Assembly (NCBI GenBank): GCA_964426415.1
Contig: CAYRQM010000001.1
Span: 66,803-130,802, forward strand
Source: an uncultured Christensenella sp.
GTDB taxonomy: Bacteria; Bacillota; Clostridia; Christensenellales; CAG-138
Reading direction: 5' to 3'
Length of the DNA: 64,000 nt
A program made the position numbers and the translations under genes. Numbering within the stretch: position 1 is the first letter of the stretch; each line of letters begins with the position of its first letter. Under the pieces are notes generated by a model that was not told the origin of the DNA, ran no database searches, and saw only the letters and a program-made list of their open reading frames with translations. Shown here one piece after another: positions 9,844-19,639 of the stretch.

Positions 9844-11183
9844 TGGAACAAACCATTGAACGGGCATTGCCCAATAACGTCGAGGCGGAGCGTTCCGTCT
9901 TGGGCGCCATGCTGTTAGAGTCCGAAGCGCTGGATTCCATGCTGGAACAGCTGTTTCCCGAGGACTTCTATCAGTCTGCACATGCCGACATCTTTGCGGC
10001 GATGCGATCCATCCGTGCGGAGGGAAGCGCCGTCGATCTTGTTACGCTGTCCGGCGCGTTGGAGCGCATGGGCAAGCTTGAGGCGGCGGGCGGCATCGTC
10101 TATCTGACCGAGCTGATGCGCTTTGTGCCCACGGCGGCAAACGTCCAATACTATGCCAAAATCGTCGAGGATCACAGCACGCAGCGCGCCCTCATTCGCG
10201 TGGGCAACGACATGATCCGTAACGGCATGGACGACCAGCACGACGTGGAGGAATCCTTGGATTCCGCCGAACGCAAGCTGTACGACATCACCATGCGCAA
10301 GACGGAGGTCACGCTTTCGCCCGCCAGCGAGATCGTGCCCGACACGCTCAATCAAATCGGCGAGCTGATTCAACGCAAGGGCAAGCTGACGGGCTGCGCC
10401 ACGGGCTTTTCCAAGCTGGATCGGCTGACCAACGGTCTCCAAAAAAGCGACCTCATCATCATCGCCGCACGTCCCGCCATGGGCAAGTCGGCGTTCGCCA
10501 TGAACATCGCCCAGTACGCCGCGCTGCACGACAACCGATCCGTCGCCGTTTTTTCGCTCGAAATGAGCAAAGAGCAGCTCATGATGCGTATTCTTTGCAC
10601 CGAAGCATCGGTGGACTCCCAAAAGATTAAAGACGGCACGCTGGGCGACGCCGAAACGCAGCGCTTGATGGAAGCGGCGGAGCCGATGCAGCGCGCCAAG
10701 CTGTACATCGACGATTCTGCGGGCGCAACGGTCACGAGCATCCGTTCCAAATGCCGCAGGCTCAAGGCGCAGCAAGGGCTGGACATGGTCATCATCGACT
10801 ATATGCAGCTGATGCAGGGCACCGGCACGGCAGGGCGCAAGTCGGACAACCGCCAACAGGAAATTTCCGACATGACCCGCGCCATGAAGCTGTTGGCGCG
10901 TGAGCTTGCCGTTCCCATTTTGCTGCTGTCGCAGCTCAACCGCGGGCCGGAGCTTCGTCAAGACCATCGCCCGATGATTTCCGACCTGCGCGAATCGGGC
11001 TCCATCGAGCAGGACGCCGATATGGTCATTCTGCTCTATCGTGCCGCCGTCTACGACGAAACGGCAGGCAACGAATCCGAAGCCATCGTGGCAAAGAACC
11101 GCCACGGCCCCATCGACAAATGCGACTTGGTCTTCCAAGGCGAATTCACCCGCTTTCGCACCCTCCAAACGGACGAAGCATAA
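9843..11183 (+). CDS. dnaB: replicative DNA helicase DnaB/DnaC
   Basis: LPNNVEAERSVLGAML N-domain, Walker A AARPAMGKSAFA, SLEMS, IIDYMQLM, LSQLNR and RESGSIEQDAD motifs. Confidence 0.96.
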   Translation: MEQTIERALPNNVEAERSVLGAMLLESEALDSMLEQLFPEDFYQSAHADIFAAMRSIRAEGSAVDLVTLSGALERMGKLEAAGGIVYLTELMRFVPTAANVQYYAKIVEDHSTQRALIRVGNDMIRNGMDDQHDVEESLDSAERKLYDITMRKTEVTLSPASEIVPDTLNQIGELIQRKGKLTGCATGFSKLDRLTNGLQKSDLIIIAARPAMGKSAFAMNIAQYAALHDNRSVAVFSLEMSKEQLMMRILCTEASVDSQKIKDGTLGDAETQRLMEAAEPMQRAKLYIDDSAGATVTSIRSKCRRLKAQQGLDMVIIDYMQLMQGTGTAGRKSDNRQQEISDMTRAMKLLARELAVPILLLSQLNRGPELRQDHRPMISDLRESGSIEQDADMVILLYRAAVYDETAGNESEAIVAKNRHGPIDKCDLVFQGEFTRFRTLQTDEA

Positions 11184-11189
11184 AAAATT

Positions 11190-11228
11190 AAGGACTGCAA
11201 AAACCACGGTTTTGGCAGTCCTTTTTTG
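11190..11228. terminator. bidirectional intrinsic terminator between convergent dnaB and the RND gene
   Basis: AGGACTGC-16 nt-GCAGTCCT, flanked by an A-run upstream and a T-run downstream. Confidence 0.7.
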
Positions 11229-11247
11229 ATGCAAAAATGTTGTTGCG

Positions 11248-14200
11248 TTACGGCTCGATGATGACTTCGTAGTCGGAGGGGCGATAGTCGTTCGTCTGCT
11301 TTGCAGCGGAAATGACAAGCTCGTCGTGGGAGAAATCCACCTGCGGCGCGGCGGCGGGCGCTTCGGTTGCAGGACTTGCTTTGCACTGCTTTTTCGGGAC
11401 ATGGCGCTGCTTGGAATGGGGCTTGCGCGGCGTCGGCGCATCGGCTTTGACGGCGGCAGCCTCTTCGGCAGGCGCTTGCAGCTTTTCGGGAACGTCCGCG
11501 TCCGAAGGGGCGTCAGAAAGCGTGGGCGCGTCGCCGGAAGGCTTTTTGTCGCGGCGCAGCAGATCGTACAGCACGGGGATGATGAACAGAGTGGTAAAGG
11601 TGGCGTAGGTCAAGCCGCCGATGCAGACGACTGCCACGGGCTGGATGATCTCGGAGCCTGTGCCAAACCCGATTGCCAACGGCAGCAGACCCAAAATGGT
11701 GGTCAGCGCGGTCATGAGGACGGGGCGCACCCGCAGCGTGGTGGCTTTTACGATGGCGTCACGCTTGGACATGCCCGCGTCGCGCAGCTGGTTCGCGGTA
11801 TCCACCAGCACGATGCCGTTGTTGACGGCGACGCCAACCAGCATAATCATGCCGATCATGGCGACGATGCTCACCTCCTCGCCCGCAATCAAAAGCCCCA
11901 AGAACCCGCCCGCAAAGGCAAGCGGGACGGTGCCCAACACGATGAACGGGCTGAGCAGCGACTGGAACTGGGCAACCATGATGAGGTAGATGATGAGTAC
12001 GCCAAGCGCCAGCATCCAAGCCAAGTCGGACAGGGCGCTGAGAATGGTTTCGTTCTCGCCTGCAAACACGACGGAGCAGCCCGCGGGCAGCGTCAGCGCG
12101 TTGACGGCAGCTTGGGCGGCGTTGGTCACATGGGTGATGTTGTAGCCCTCGTCCAACGTGCCCGACACCTCGACATAGCGGCGCTGGTCGGTGCGGGCGA
12201 TGGAGGCAAGCGTGGTGGTTTCGGTGATTTCCGCGACGTCGCAAAGCTGCACGGTCTCCTCGGTGCCGTCCTGCTTGGTGACGGAAATGGAGAGCGTGCG
12301 GAACGCGTCCAAGGATTCGAACGCGGTCTGCGATACGATGGTGACGTCCAGCGACGTGCTGTCGGTGGTGATGCTCGTTGCCGTCACGGAGTCGGTGAGC
12401 TGTTCTGCCACCGCCAGATAGACCTGCGCCACGGTGAGCCCGTGCTTGACCGCCTTTTCCCGATCCACGGTGACGTGCAGTGCGGGCGAAACGTCGTCCG
12501 TGCCGCCCGACACCTCATGGATGCCGTCCACCTTGGACAGCGTATCCGCAACCATTGTGGCGGCGGCGGACAGGTCGGACAGGTCGTTGCCATAGATGTC
12601 GATGGCGACGCCGGAGGACGAAAGAGAGCTGAAGTCCATGGTGGTCATGCCCGCGATGGTAAACGGATGTTCCTCGGAAAGAGGCGACAAGGCGTCTTTG
12701 ATTTCGGATTCGATGTTGAGGCTGTTCTTGCCGCTCGACGCGTCGATGAGACAGTAAATGGTCAGCTCGGAGACGTCCGCCGTGCCGGTGGAGCCGCCGA
12801 TGCCGATGATGGACGCCACACCGTTGCCCAGCATCCCGCCCACATCCGTCAAGTCTTTGACTTGGTACAGCGCCTCCATAAACTGATCCGCAAGCGCCAC
12901 GTCCTCCTCAAAGGTGCTGTTTTCGGGCAGCGCCACGGTGACGGAGATTTGTTGCCCCGCACTGGAGGGGAAGTAGGAGAACCCGCGGGAAAGCGACGCC
13001 CACGCGCTGCCTGCCAACACCAGCACGGCAAGCACCAACGCCACGACGCGATGCCGCAGCACGAAGCGAACGGCTTTTTCCAACCCGCGCAGCAGCGCCT
13101 TGAAGGTGCGATGCTTTTCTTTGACGGGGCGGCGCATCAGCCCCGTTACCATGGCGGGAATGACGGTCAGCGCCACGATGAGCGAAGCCAACAGGGAATA
13201 GGTGACGGTCAGCACCATGTCCATAAAGATTTGGCGCGTCAGCCCTTCGACAAACAGGATGGGGACGAACACGCAGATGGTGGTGAGCGTGGAGGCGGTG
13301 ATGGCGCCCGTCACCTGCTTGGCGCCCTGCATGGCAGCCTCTTTGACGGGCACGCCCTCGGCGCGCAGCCGATAGATGTTCTCGATGACGACGATGGAAT
13401 TGTCCACCAGCATGCCGATGCCGATGGCAAGCCCCGCCATGGAGATGATGTTCATGGTGACGCCCGAAAAGTACATCATGACCAGCGCGAACAGGACGGA
13501 GATGGGGATGCTGATGCCCACGATGAACGTCGGACGCAGATCGCGCAGGAACAGGAACAGAATCAGAATGGCAAGCACCGCGCCGATGATGAGGTTTTGC
13601 ACGACGGAGTTGATTGCCAAATGGATGTAGCTGCCCTGATCCATGAGGTTGATGAAATGCAGCCCTTCCTTCTCGGCGCTCAGCTCGGCAAAGCGCGTGG
13701 TGATGTTGTCCGCGACGGTGGCGGTGGCATAGGAGGACTGCTTGGTAAACGCCAGCAGCACGCCGCTTTCGCCGTTGATGCGGGCGTAGGTGGTGCCGCT
13801 GTTGTCGGTAACGGACAGCGTCGCAATGTCGGACAGGCGAACGGCGCCGATGTCGCCCAAATCCAAATAGACCAGCGCCACGTCCCGCAGGGCGTCGATC
13901 TCGTCGATGGCGTCGCCCACGGTGACCATCCATTGCTCGGTGCCGCTTTGCACATAGCCGGCGGGCATCTCAAAATTTTGTGCCTTCAGCAGCGTCGCAA
14001 GGGTTTTGACGGACAATACGGTGTGCAGGTCGGCGCTCTTTTTGGCGGCAGCCAACTGTTCTGCGGCGGCTTCCTCGGCGGCGGTCAGCTGCGTGTTGCC
14101 TTCGTCCACCTTTTCCTGTCCTTCGTCCAGCGCAAGCAGCCCGCTGTTGATGGCGCTTTGCGCGGCGTTCAGCTTGCCGTTCACGGACGCCTTTTGCGAC

Positions 14201-15429
14201 GCAAGCGTTTCGTAGCCTTCCTCGACGGTGATTAGCCCCGCGTCGATGTCCGAAAGCGCGCTGTCAATCTGCGCAATGACGTCTTCCAAGACGGGCTGCG
14301 TTTCCTGCAGCGTCGCCAGCGTGCTGTCGATGTCGCCGCGGGTCAGCCCATAGTCGGCAAGCTGCGCGTCGATGGTCGCCAAGGAATCGACGATCGCTTG
14401 GTATTCGGCGCTGTTGGTAATCTCCGCCGTATAGGTGGCTTTTTCTTCATCGGTGAGGGTGGGATTCTCTTGAATGAGCCGAATCGCCTCGTCCAAAAGC
14501 GCCTGTGCCGTTTCGAGTGCGCGCACGGCGTACTTGAGCTTGGTTAAAACCTGCTGCATGGCAATGACCTGCTCAAGCTGCGAGGACAGCAGCGCTTGCT
14601 GCTCTAAAAGGGAGGACTTGAGCGCCAAAAGCTCGGCGTTGGTATCGTCCAGCTGGGTTTGCGCGTCGGCAAAGCCGCTGTTGGCTTGGTGCTTGCCCGC
14701 GTTCAGCTTGGCTTGCGCGTCGTCCAATGCGGCACGGTTCTCGTCGATGGTCGCTTGTCCGTCGATCAGCTGTTGGCGGGCGTCGTCCAATTCGGCGGTG
14801 GCTTCGGCAAATTCGGCGTCGATGGCGGCGAACAGCCGATCGTTCAGCGCGTCCAGCTTGTCGTCGTCGATGGCAATTTCAATCTTTTGGATGATCAGCC
14901 CCGTCGTGGTGACGGAGGCGACGCCGTTGATGCCCTCCAACTCGGCGCAAAGGGTGTCGTTGACGTAGGCGGACAGCGCAATCTGATCCATCCCGTCCAC
15001 GTTGACCGCAGCCACCACGGTGGGAATCAAGTCGCTGCTCAGCTCCATCACGGTGGTGCTGCCCACGCTGTCGCCCCATTCCGATTCCAACGGCGCCAAT
15101 GCGCGCTGCACGTTCAGCATGGCGACGTCCACGTTCGCACTTTGGTCGAAGGTCAGAAAGACGACGGAATAGTTCTCGGAGCTGGTGGAGGTCACGGAGC
15201 TGAGGTCGTCCAGCGACGCCATCGCCTGCTCGATGGGCTTGGTGACGGTGGATTCGACTTCTTCGGGCGACGCGCCGATGTAGGTGGTGAACAGCGCCAC
15301 ATAGGGGAAGCTCATTTCGGGCAGAAGGTCGGGCGTCATTTTGGTGACGGACATTACGCCCAGCACAATGATCAACACCACGGCGACCAGCACGGTAAAT
15401 GGCTTTTTCACGCTATACTTCGAAAGCAT
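11248..15429 (-). CDS. RND (AcrB/SwrC-like) efflux permease with a large coiled-coil insertion and a disordered C-terminal tail
   Basis: 1393 aa. N-terminus KKPFTVLVAVVLIIVLG (TM1), porter-domain sequence, two 6-TM bundles (GMLVDNSIVVIENIYR and VGVAVNNGIVLVD). Residues ~195-480 are a helical Ala/Leu/Gln/Asp-rich insert. The last ~100 aa are Pro/Ala/Lys-rich. Confidence 0.9.
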   Translation of the reverse strand: MLSKYSVKKPFTVLVAVVLIIVLGVMSVTKMTPDLLPEMSFPYVALFTTYIGASPEEVESTVTKPIEQAMASLDDLSSVTSTSSENYSVVFLTFDQSANVDVAMLNVQRALAPLESEWGDSVGSTTVMELSSDLIPTVVAAVNVDGMDQIALSAYVNDTLCAELEGINGVASVTTTGLIIQKIEIAIDDDKLDALNDRLFAAIDAEFAEATAELDDARQQLIDGQATIDENRAALDDAQAKLNAGKHQANSGFADAQTQLDDTNAELLALKSSLLEQQALLSSQLEQVIAMQQVLTKLKYAVRALETAQALLDEAIRLIQENPTLTDEEKATYTAEITNSAEYQAIVDSLATIDAQLADYGLTRGDIDSTLATLQETQPVLEDVIAQIDSALSDIDAGLITVEEGYETLASQKASVNGKLNAAQSAINSGLLALDEGQEKVDEGNTQLTAAEEAAAEQLAAAKKSADLHTVLSVKTLATLLKAQNFEMPAGYVQSGTEQWMVTVGDAIDEIDALRDVALVYLDLGDIGAVRLSDIATLSVTDNSGTTYARINGESGVLLAFTKQSSYATATVADNITTRFAELSAEKEGLHFINLMDQGSYIHLAINSVVQNLIIGAVLAILILFLFLRDLRPTFIVGISIPISVLFALVMMYFSGVTMNIISMAGLAIGIGMLVDNSIVVIENIYRLRAEGVPVKEAAMQGAKQVTGAITASTLTTICVFVPILFVEGLTRQIFMDMVLTVTYSLLASLIVALTVIPAMVTGLMRRPVKEKHRTFKALLRGLEKAVRFVLRHRVVALVLAVLVLAGSAWASLSRGFSYFPSSAGQQISVTVALPENSTFEEDVALADQFMEALYQVKDLTDVGGMLGNGVASIIGIGGSTGTADVSELTIYCLIDASSGKNSLNIESEIKDALSPLSEEHPFTIAGMTTMDFSSLSSSGVAIDIYGNDLSDLSAAATMVADTLSKVDGIHEVSGGTDDVSPALHVTVDREKAVKHGLTVAQVYLAVAEQLTDSVTATSITTDSTSLDVTIVSQTAFESLDAFRTLSISVTKQDGTEETVQLCDVAEITETTTLASIARTDQRRYVEVSGTLDEGYNITHVTNAAQAAVNALTLPAGCSVVFAGENETILSALSDLAWMLALGVLIIYLIMVAQFQSLLSPFIVLGTVPLAFAGGFLGLLIAGEEVSIVAMIGMIMLVGVAVNNGIVLVDTANQLRDAGMSKRDAIVKATTLRVRPVLMTALTTILGLLPLAIGFGTGSEIIQPVAVVCIGGLTYATFTTLFIIPVLYDLLRRDKKPSGDAPTLSDAPSDADVPEKLQAPAEEAAAVKADAPTPRKPHSKQRHVPKKQCKASPATEAPAAAPQVDFSHDELVISAAKQTNDYRPSDYEVIIEP

Positions 15430-15651
15430 AGGAAACTCCGTTTCAAAAGTTTGGTACCTTATTATAGCACGGGCATGGTAACGGCATTGTGGCAGGAGTG
15501 TGAATCTTTGCGAAAATTCGGAACTTTACAAAGGCTTTACACGCGCTTTACCAACAGAACCTTGAAAAGGGTGCGTTTGGTCTGATAGAATCACAATGAA
15601 TAGGTAAGGATAAAGAGGAAGGGCGGGAGAACCCCGCGAGAGGATTTTGAA

Positions 15652-17427
15652 ATGACGGAACACATACTTTTGTTCATACTGGGGCTGTCGTTCACGCTGT
15701 TTGGCATGAACCTGATGAGCAAGGGCTTGGAACACATGACGGGCGGCAAGCTGGAACGCGCACTCGAAAGTGCCACCACGACCAAATCCCGTTTCCCCAT
15801 CGTAGGCCGCATCAAGGGCATGCTGGTGGGCTGCGGACTGACGGCGCTGGTGCAAAGCTCATCCTCCACCACGGTCATGACGGTGGGCTTTGTCAACTCC
15901 GGGATGATGCGGCTCGAGCAAGCGGTGGGCATCATCATGGGCGCCAACATCGGCACCACCATCACCTCTTGGATTTTCGCGCTGACGGGCATCGAAGGCG
16001 ATGCGTGGTATGCCACCATCTTCAAGCCGACGACGTTTTCGCCCGTCTTGGCGCTGATCGGCATTGTGATGATGCTCTTTTTCAAGCGGCAAAAGCTGCG
16101 CGAAATCGGCGTCACGCTGGTGAGCTTCGCCGTGCTGATGTACGGCATGACGCTGATGAGCGACAACTGTTCCGTACTGGTCAGCGGCGAATGGGCGCAG
16201 GGCTTCTTTGCCACATTGGAAAATCCGCTGCTGGGCGTCTTGGCAGGCGCGCTCTTTACGGGCGTGATTCAAGCGTCCGCCGCCGCCATCGGCATCGTGC
16301 AGGCGCTGGCGTTGTCGGGCAGCATCACCTATGGCGCCGCCATTCCCATCATCTTGGGCATGAACATCGGCACCTGCGTGACCGCGCTGCTCTCCTGCAT
16401 CGGTGCCAACAAAAATGCACGCCGCACGGCAATGGTGCATCTGTATTTCAACATTTTGGGCAGCGTCCTGTTCTTGGGGCTGTTCTACGGCGCGAACGCC
16501 GTCTTCCAATTCCCGTTCATGAACGAGAAGCTGCGGCCCAAGCATATCGCGCTCATTCACACCATCTTCAACGTGTCGGCAACGCTTGTCTTCCTGCCGT
16601 TTGGCGACCTTTTAGCCAAGCTTGCACGGCTCACCATTCCCGACGGCAAGGACGAACGCGCCGTGGCGACGACGCTTTTGGACGATCGCTTCCTCAAGAC
16701 GCCCGCCTTTGCCGTACAGCAGTGCGTGACCGTCAGCGACAAGATGGCGGCGCTGTCCCACGAAACGCTGCTGCGTGCGCTGGATCTTTTGACGCACTAT
16801 GACGAGAAGGAAGCCCGCCGCATCGACGAGGACGAGGAGCATCTGGATCGATATGAAGACAAGCTGGGCACCTATCTTGTGAAGCTTGGCGCCACCGATT
16901 TGGATGACGCCAGCAGCCGCAAGGTCAATCAGCTGCTGCACGTTTTGTCCGACTTTGAGCGCATCGGCGACCACGCCGTCAACCTCAAAGAGCTTGCCCA
17001 AGAGATGAAAGAGAAAAAACTGGTCTTTTCCGAGCAGGGCGCGCACGAGCTGGATGTGCTCATCGCCGCGCTGCGGGAAATCATGGATTTGTCGTTTTCG
17101 GCGTATCGAGAGGGCGACGTGACAAAGGCAAGCAAGGTGGAGCCGTTGGAGGACGTCATCGACCTGCTCGTCAAGACGCTGGGCGATCATCATGTGGCGC
17201 GGCTGCAGGCGGGCGTCTGCACCATCGTGCAGGGCTTCGTGTACCACGACATCCTTGCCAACTGCGAGCGCGTGTCCGACCACTGCTCCAACATCGCCGT
17301 CGATTTGATCGAGGTGTCCCATGCGCATTTCGACACGCACCGCTATATGCTCGATCTCAAGACGGGGCCGTCCACCGCCTATGCCGATATGGTGCAGACG
17401 TACTCCAAAAAATACGAGCTGTCCTAA
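15652..17427 (+). CDS. Na/Pi cotransporter family protein with C-terminal PhoU-like repeats
   Basis: Duplicated Na_Pi_cotrans membrane repeats (QSSSSTTVMTVGFV / QASAAAIGIVQAL). Cytoplasmic tail has two PhoU-like helices (ERIGDHAVN, CERVSDHCSNIA). Confidence 0.88.
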   Translation: MTEHILLFILGLSFTLFGMNLMSKGLEHMTGGKLERALESATTTKSRFPIVGRIKGMLVGCGLTALVQSSSSTTVMTVGFVNSGMMRLEQAVGIIMGANIGTTITSWIFALTGIEGDAWYATIFKPTTFSPVLALIGIVMMLFFKRQKLREIGVTLVSFAVLMYGMTLMSDNCSVLVSGEWAQGFFATLENPLLGVLAGALFTGVIQASAAAIGIVQALALSGSITYGAAIPIILGMNIGTCVTALLSCIGANKNARRTAMVHLYFNILGSVLFLGLFYGANAVFQFPFMNEKLRPKHIALIHTIFNVSATLVFLPFGDLLAKLARLTIPDGKDERAVATTLLDDRFLKTPAFAVQQCVTVSDKMAALSHETLLRALDLLTHYDEKEARRIDEDEEHLDRYEDKLGTYLVKLGATDLDDASSRKVNQLLHVLSDFERIGDHAVNLKELAQEMKEKKLVFSEQGAHELDVLIAALREIMDLSFSAYREGDVTKASKVEPLEDVIDLLVKTLGDHHVARLQAGVCTIVQGFVYHDILANCERVSDHCSNIAVDLIEVSHAHFDTHRYMLDLKTGPSTAYADMVQTYSKKYELS

Positions 17428-17464
17428 CGGGACGGCGTAAGGATCTTTCCCCAAAAGGGACGGG

Positions 17465-17500
17465 GCTGCAGCAAAGCGAATTTGCTGCAGCTCCTTTTTT
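17465..17500 (+). terminator. intrinsic terminator after the Na/Pi transporter gene
   Basis: GCTGCAGCAAA-5 nt-TTTGCTGCAGC (11-bp perfect stem), then CTCCTTTTTT. Confidence 0.8.
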
Positions 17501-17633
17501 CACAGGTCGTCCGCGTCTTGCATGGGGCGCGAGCCGTCGTGTGACATGCCGGTGTAACTACCGTTCACGTCCGATGGGATCTCCACCGCACTGCGCGGCG
17601 TGTAGACCATCGGCGGTTTCTTCTGTCTGCGCA

Positions 17634-17801
17634 TCAGAAACGATACCGATCCGACTCAAACGCGTTGTCGCTGCGTTCATTGTTTTGCTTTTGCCCGTTG
17701 CTGTTGTTGTTCGAGCCGGTGCGGTTGCGTTCCTTGGGATTGCTGTTACGGTTCCGCTCTTGGTTGTTGTTTTCGCGGCCGTTCTCATTGAAGAAAGACA
17801 T
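17634..17801 (-). CDS. small (55 aa) Asn/Arg/Glu-rich hydrophilic protein, unknown function (below ORF-track cutoff)
   Basis: Minus-strand ATG at 17801 is preceded by ACGGAGGTACTCTC (GGAGG, 7-nt spacer). Translation: MSFFNENGRENNNQERNRNSNPKERNRTGSNNNSNGQKQNNERSDNAFESDRYRF, stop TGA at 17634-17636. Divergent from glnS. Confidence 0.6.
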   Translation of the reverse strand: MSFFNENGRENNNQERNRNSNPKERNRTGSNNNSNGQKQNNERSDNAFESDRYRF

Positions 17802-17981
17802 GAGAGTACCTCCGTTTTAGATTTGTCGGATCACCGACAACCTTATTGTGTCCGTCCGTCGGCGCGTCATACACGCTTTCACGTCAAAAAAATGCCAAAC
17901 GTGTCTTGTGAAAAGCGTGCGGGTGCGGTATAATGATTTCGATAAAATGGATGAGTAGGGGCTTATCCCGAAGGAAAGGAT

Positions 17982-19628
17982 ATGCAAGTGGAAGAACACA
18001 GCAAAAATTTCATCGAAGAAATCATCGAGGAGGATCTGCGCACCAAGGAGCCGCGGGTGAAGACCCGTTTTCCGCCTGAGCCGAACGGCTATCTGCACAT
18101 CGGTCACGCCAAGGCGCTGACGGTGGATTTCGGTATGGCGGAGGAATACGGCGGTTCCTGCAACCTGCGCTTTGACGATACGAACCCCACCAAAGAGGAC
18201 GCGGAATACGTCGAGGCAATCAAGCAGGACATTCAATGGCTGGGCTTTCATTGGGATCAGCTTTTGTTTGGCTCGTCCTATTTCGATCAGTGCTACGATC
18301 TTGCCATCAAGCTCATCAAGGATGGCCGCGCCTATGTGGACGACCTGTCCAAAGACGAAATGCGCGAATACCGCGGCACGCTGACCGAGCCCGGCACCAA
18401 CAGCCCGTACCGCAATCGTTCCGTGGAAGAAAATTTAGACCTGTTCCACCGCATGAAGGACGGCGCGTTCCCCGACGGCAGCAAGACGCTGCGCGCCAAG
18501 ATCGATATGGCGTCGCCCAACATCAACATGCGCGACCCTGCGATGTATCGCATCCTGCACATTCGGCATCATCAGACGGGCGACAAATGGTGCATCTATC
18601 CGATGTACGATTTCGCGCACCCGATTCAGGACGCCATCGAAGGCGTGACGCATTCGCTCTGTTCGCTGGAATACGAGGCGCATCGTCCCCTGTACGATTG
18701 GGTGGTGGACGCCTGCGGGTTCGAACATAAGCCGCGCCAGATCGAGTTCGCACGGCTCAATCTCACCAACACCATCATGTCCAAGCGGTATCTGCGCCGT
18801 CTGGTGGAAGAGGGCTTGGTCAACGGGTGGGACGACCCGCGTATGCCCACGCTTTGCGCCATGCGCCGCCGCGGCTATCCGGCGGAGGCAATCCGCGATT
18901 TCCTTGCGCGCATCGGCGTCGCCAAGGCAGATTCCGTGGTCGATACCGCCATTTTGGAGCATTGCGTGCGCGAGAATCTCAACGCCACCGCGCCCCGCAT
19001 GATGGCAATCACCGAACCGTTAAAGCTTGTCATCGACAACTGGGACAAGGACGTCACCGAGGACGTGACGCTCGAAACCTATCCGATGGACGAGCAATCC
19101 GAAACGCGCACCGTGCGCTTTGGCCACACGCTGTACATCGAGCAGAGCGATTTCATGACGGAGCCCGTCAAGAAATTCTTCCGCCTCAAGCCCGACGGCG
19201 AAGTTCGTCTGAAGGGCGCTTACATTGTCAAATGCACCGGCTGGGAAGCGGACGACGACGGCACGGTCACCTGCGTGCATTGCACCTACGACCCCGATTC
19301 CCACAGCGGCGCGTGCCAGCGCAAGGTCAAGGGCACGCTGCACTGGGTCAACGCCGAGGACGCCATCCCGTGCGAGCTGCGCCACTACGAACCGCTGATG
19401 CGCGAAGCCGAAGAGGGTGAAACGGTCGAGGATTTCACTGCGCTTCTTGCGCCCGATTCGCTCATCGTCAAGCACGGCTATTTGGAGCCTGCGCTGAAGG
19501 ACGCCAAGGCGGGCGACCGCTTCCAGTTCGTGCGGATGGGCTACTACTGCGCGGATCCCGATTCTACGCCTGCGCTGCCCGTGTTCAACCGCATCGTGGG
19601 GTTGAAAGACTCCTTCAAGCTTTCCTAA
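17982..19628 (+). CDS. glnS: glutaminyl-tRNA synthetase
   Basis: [42 protein letters not shown] closely parallels E. coli GlnRS. KMSKS loop as IMSKRYL. C-terminal beta-barrel anticodon domains. Confidence 0.93.
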   Translation: MQVEEHSKNFIEEIIEEDLRTKEPRVKTRFPPEPNGYLHIGHAKALTVDFGMAEEYGGSCNLRFDDTNPTKEDAEYVEAIKQDIQWLGFHWDQLLFGSSYFDQCYDLAIKLIKDGRAYVDDLSKDEMREYRGTLTEPGTNSPYRNRSVEENLDLFHRMKDGAFPDGSKTLRAKIDMASPNINMRDPAMYRILHIRHHQTGDKWCIYPMYDFAHPIQDAIEGVTHSLCSLEYEAHRPLYDWVVDACGFEHKPRQIEFARLNLTNTIMSKRYLRRLVEEGLVNGWDDPRMPTLCAMRRRGYPAEAIRDFLARIGVAKADSVVDTAILEHCVRENLNATAPRMMAITEPLKLVIDNWDKDVTEDVTLETYPMDEQSETRTVRFGHTLYIEQSDFMTEPVKKFFRLKPDGEVRLKGAYIVKCTGWEADDDGTVTCVHCTYDPDSHSGACQRKVKGTLHWVNAEDAIPCELRHYEPLMREAEEGETVEDFTALLAPDSLIVKHGYLEPALKDAKAGDRFQFVRMGYYCADPDSTPALPVFNRIVGLKDSFKLS

Positions 19629-19639
19629 CGGAGGATACC

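Noticed and set aside
11326-14235. 969-aa plus-strand ORF, the second longest in the window.
   Set aside because: It lies entirely antisense to the RND permease gene. It has a Gly/Arg/His/Asp/Ala-rich mirror-frame composition, no RBS and no recognisable domain. The opposite strand has unmistakable RND homology. This is a typical high-GC shadow ORF.
17541-17933. 130-aa plus-strand ORF in the Na/Pi-glnS intergenic region.
   Set aside because: It has no RBS and an Arg/Ala/Val-rich composition. It overlaps the well-signalled minus-strand 55-aa ORF and runs into the glnS promoter.
17802-17981. Looked for a T-box or other leader upstream of glnS-gltX.
   Set aside because: No GGGTGGnACCGCG motif or terminator/antiterminator pair is present. 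Only a plausible promoter (GGTATAAT) and a short leader are visible.
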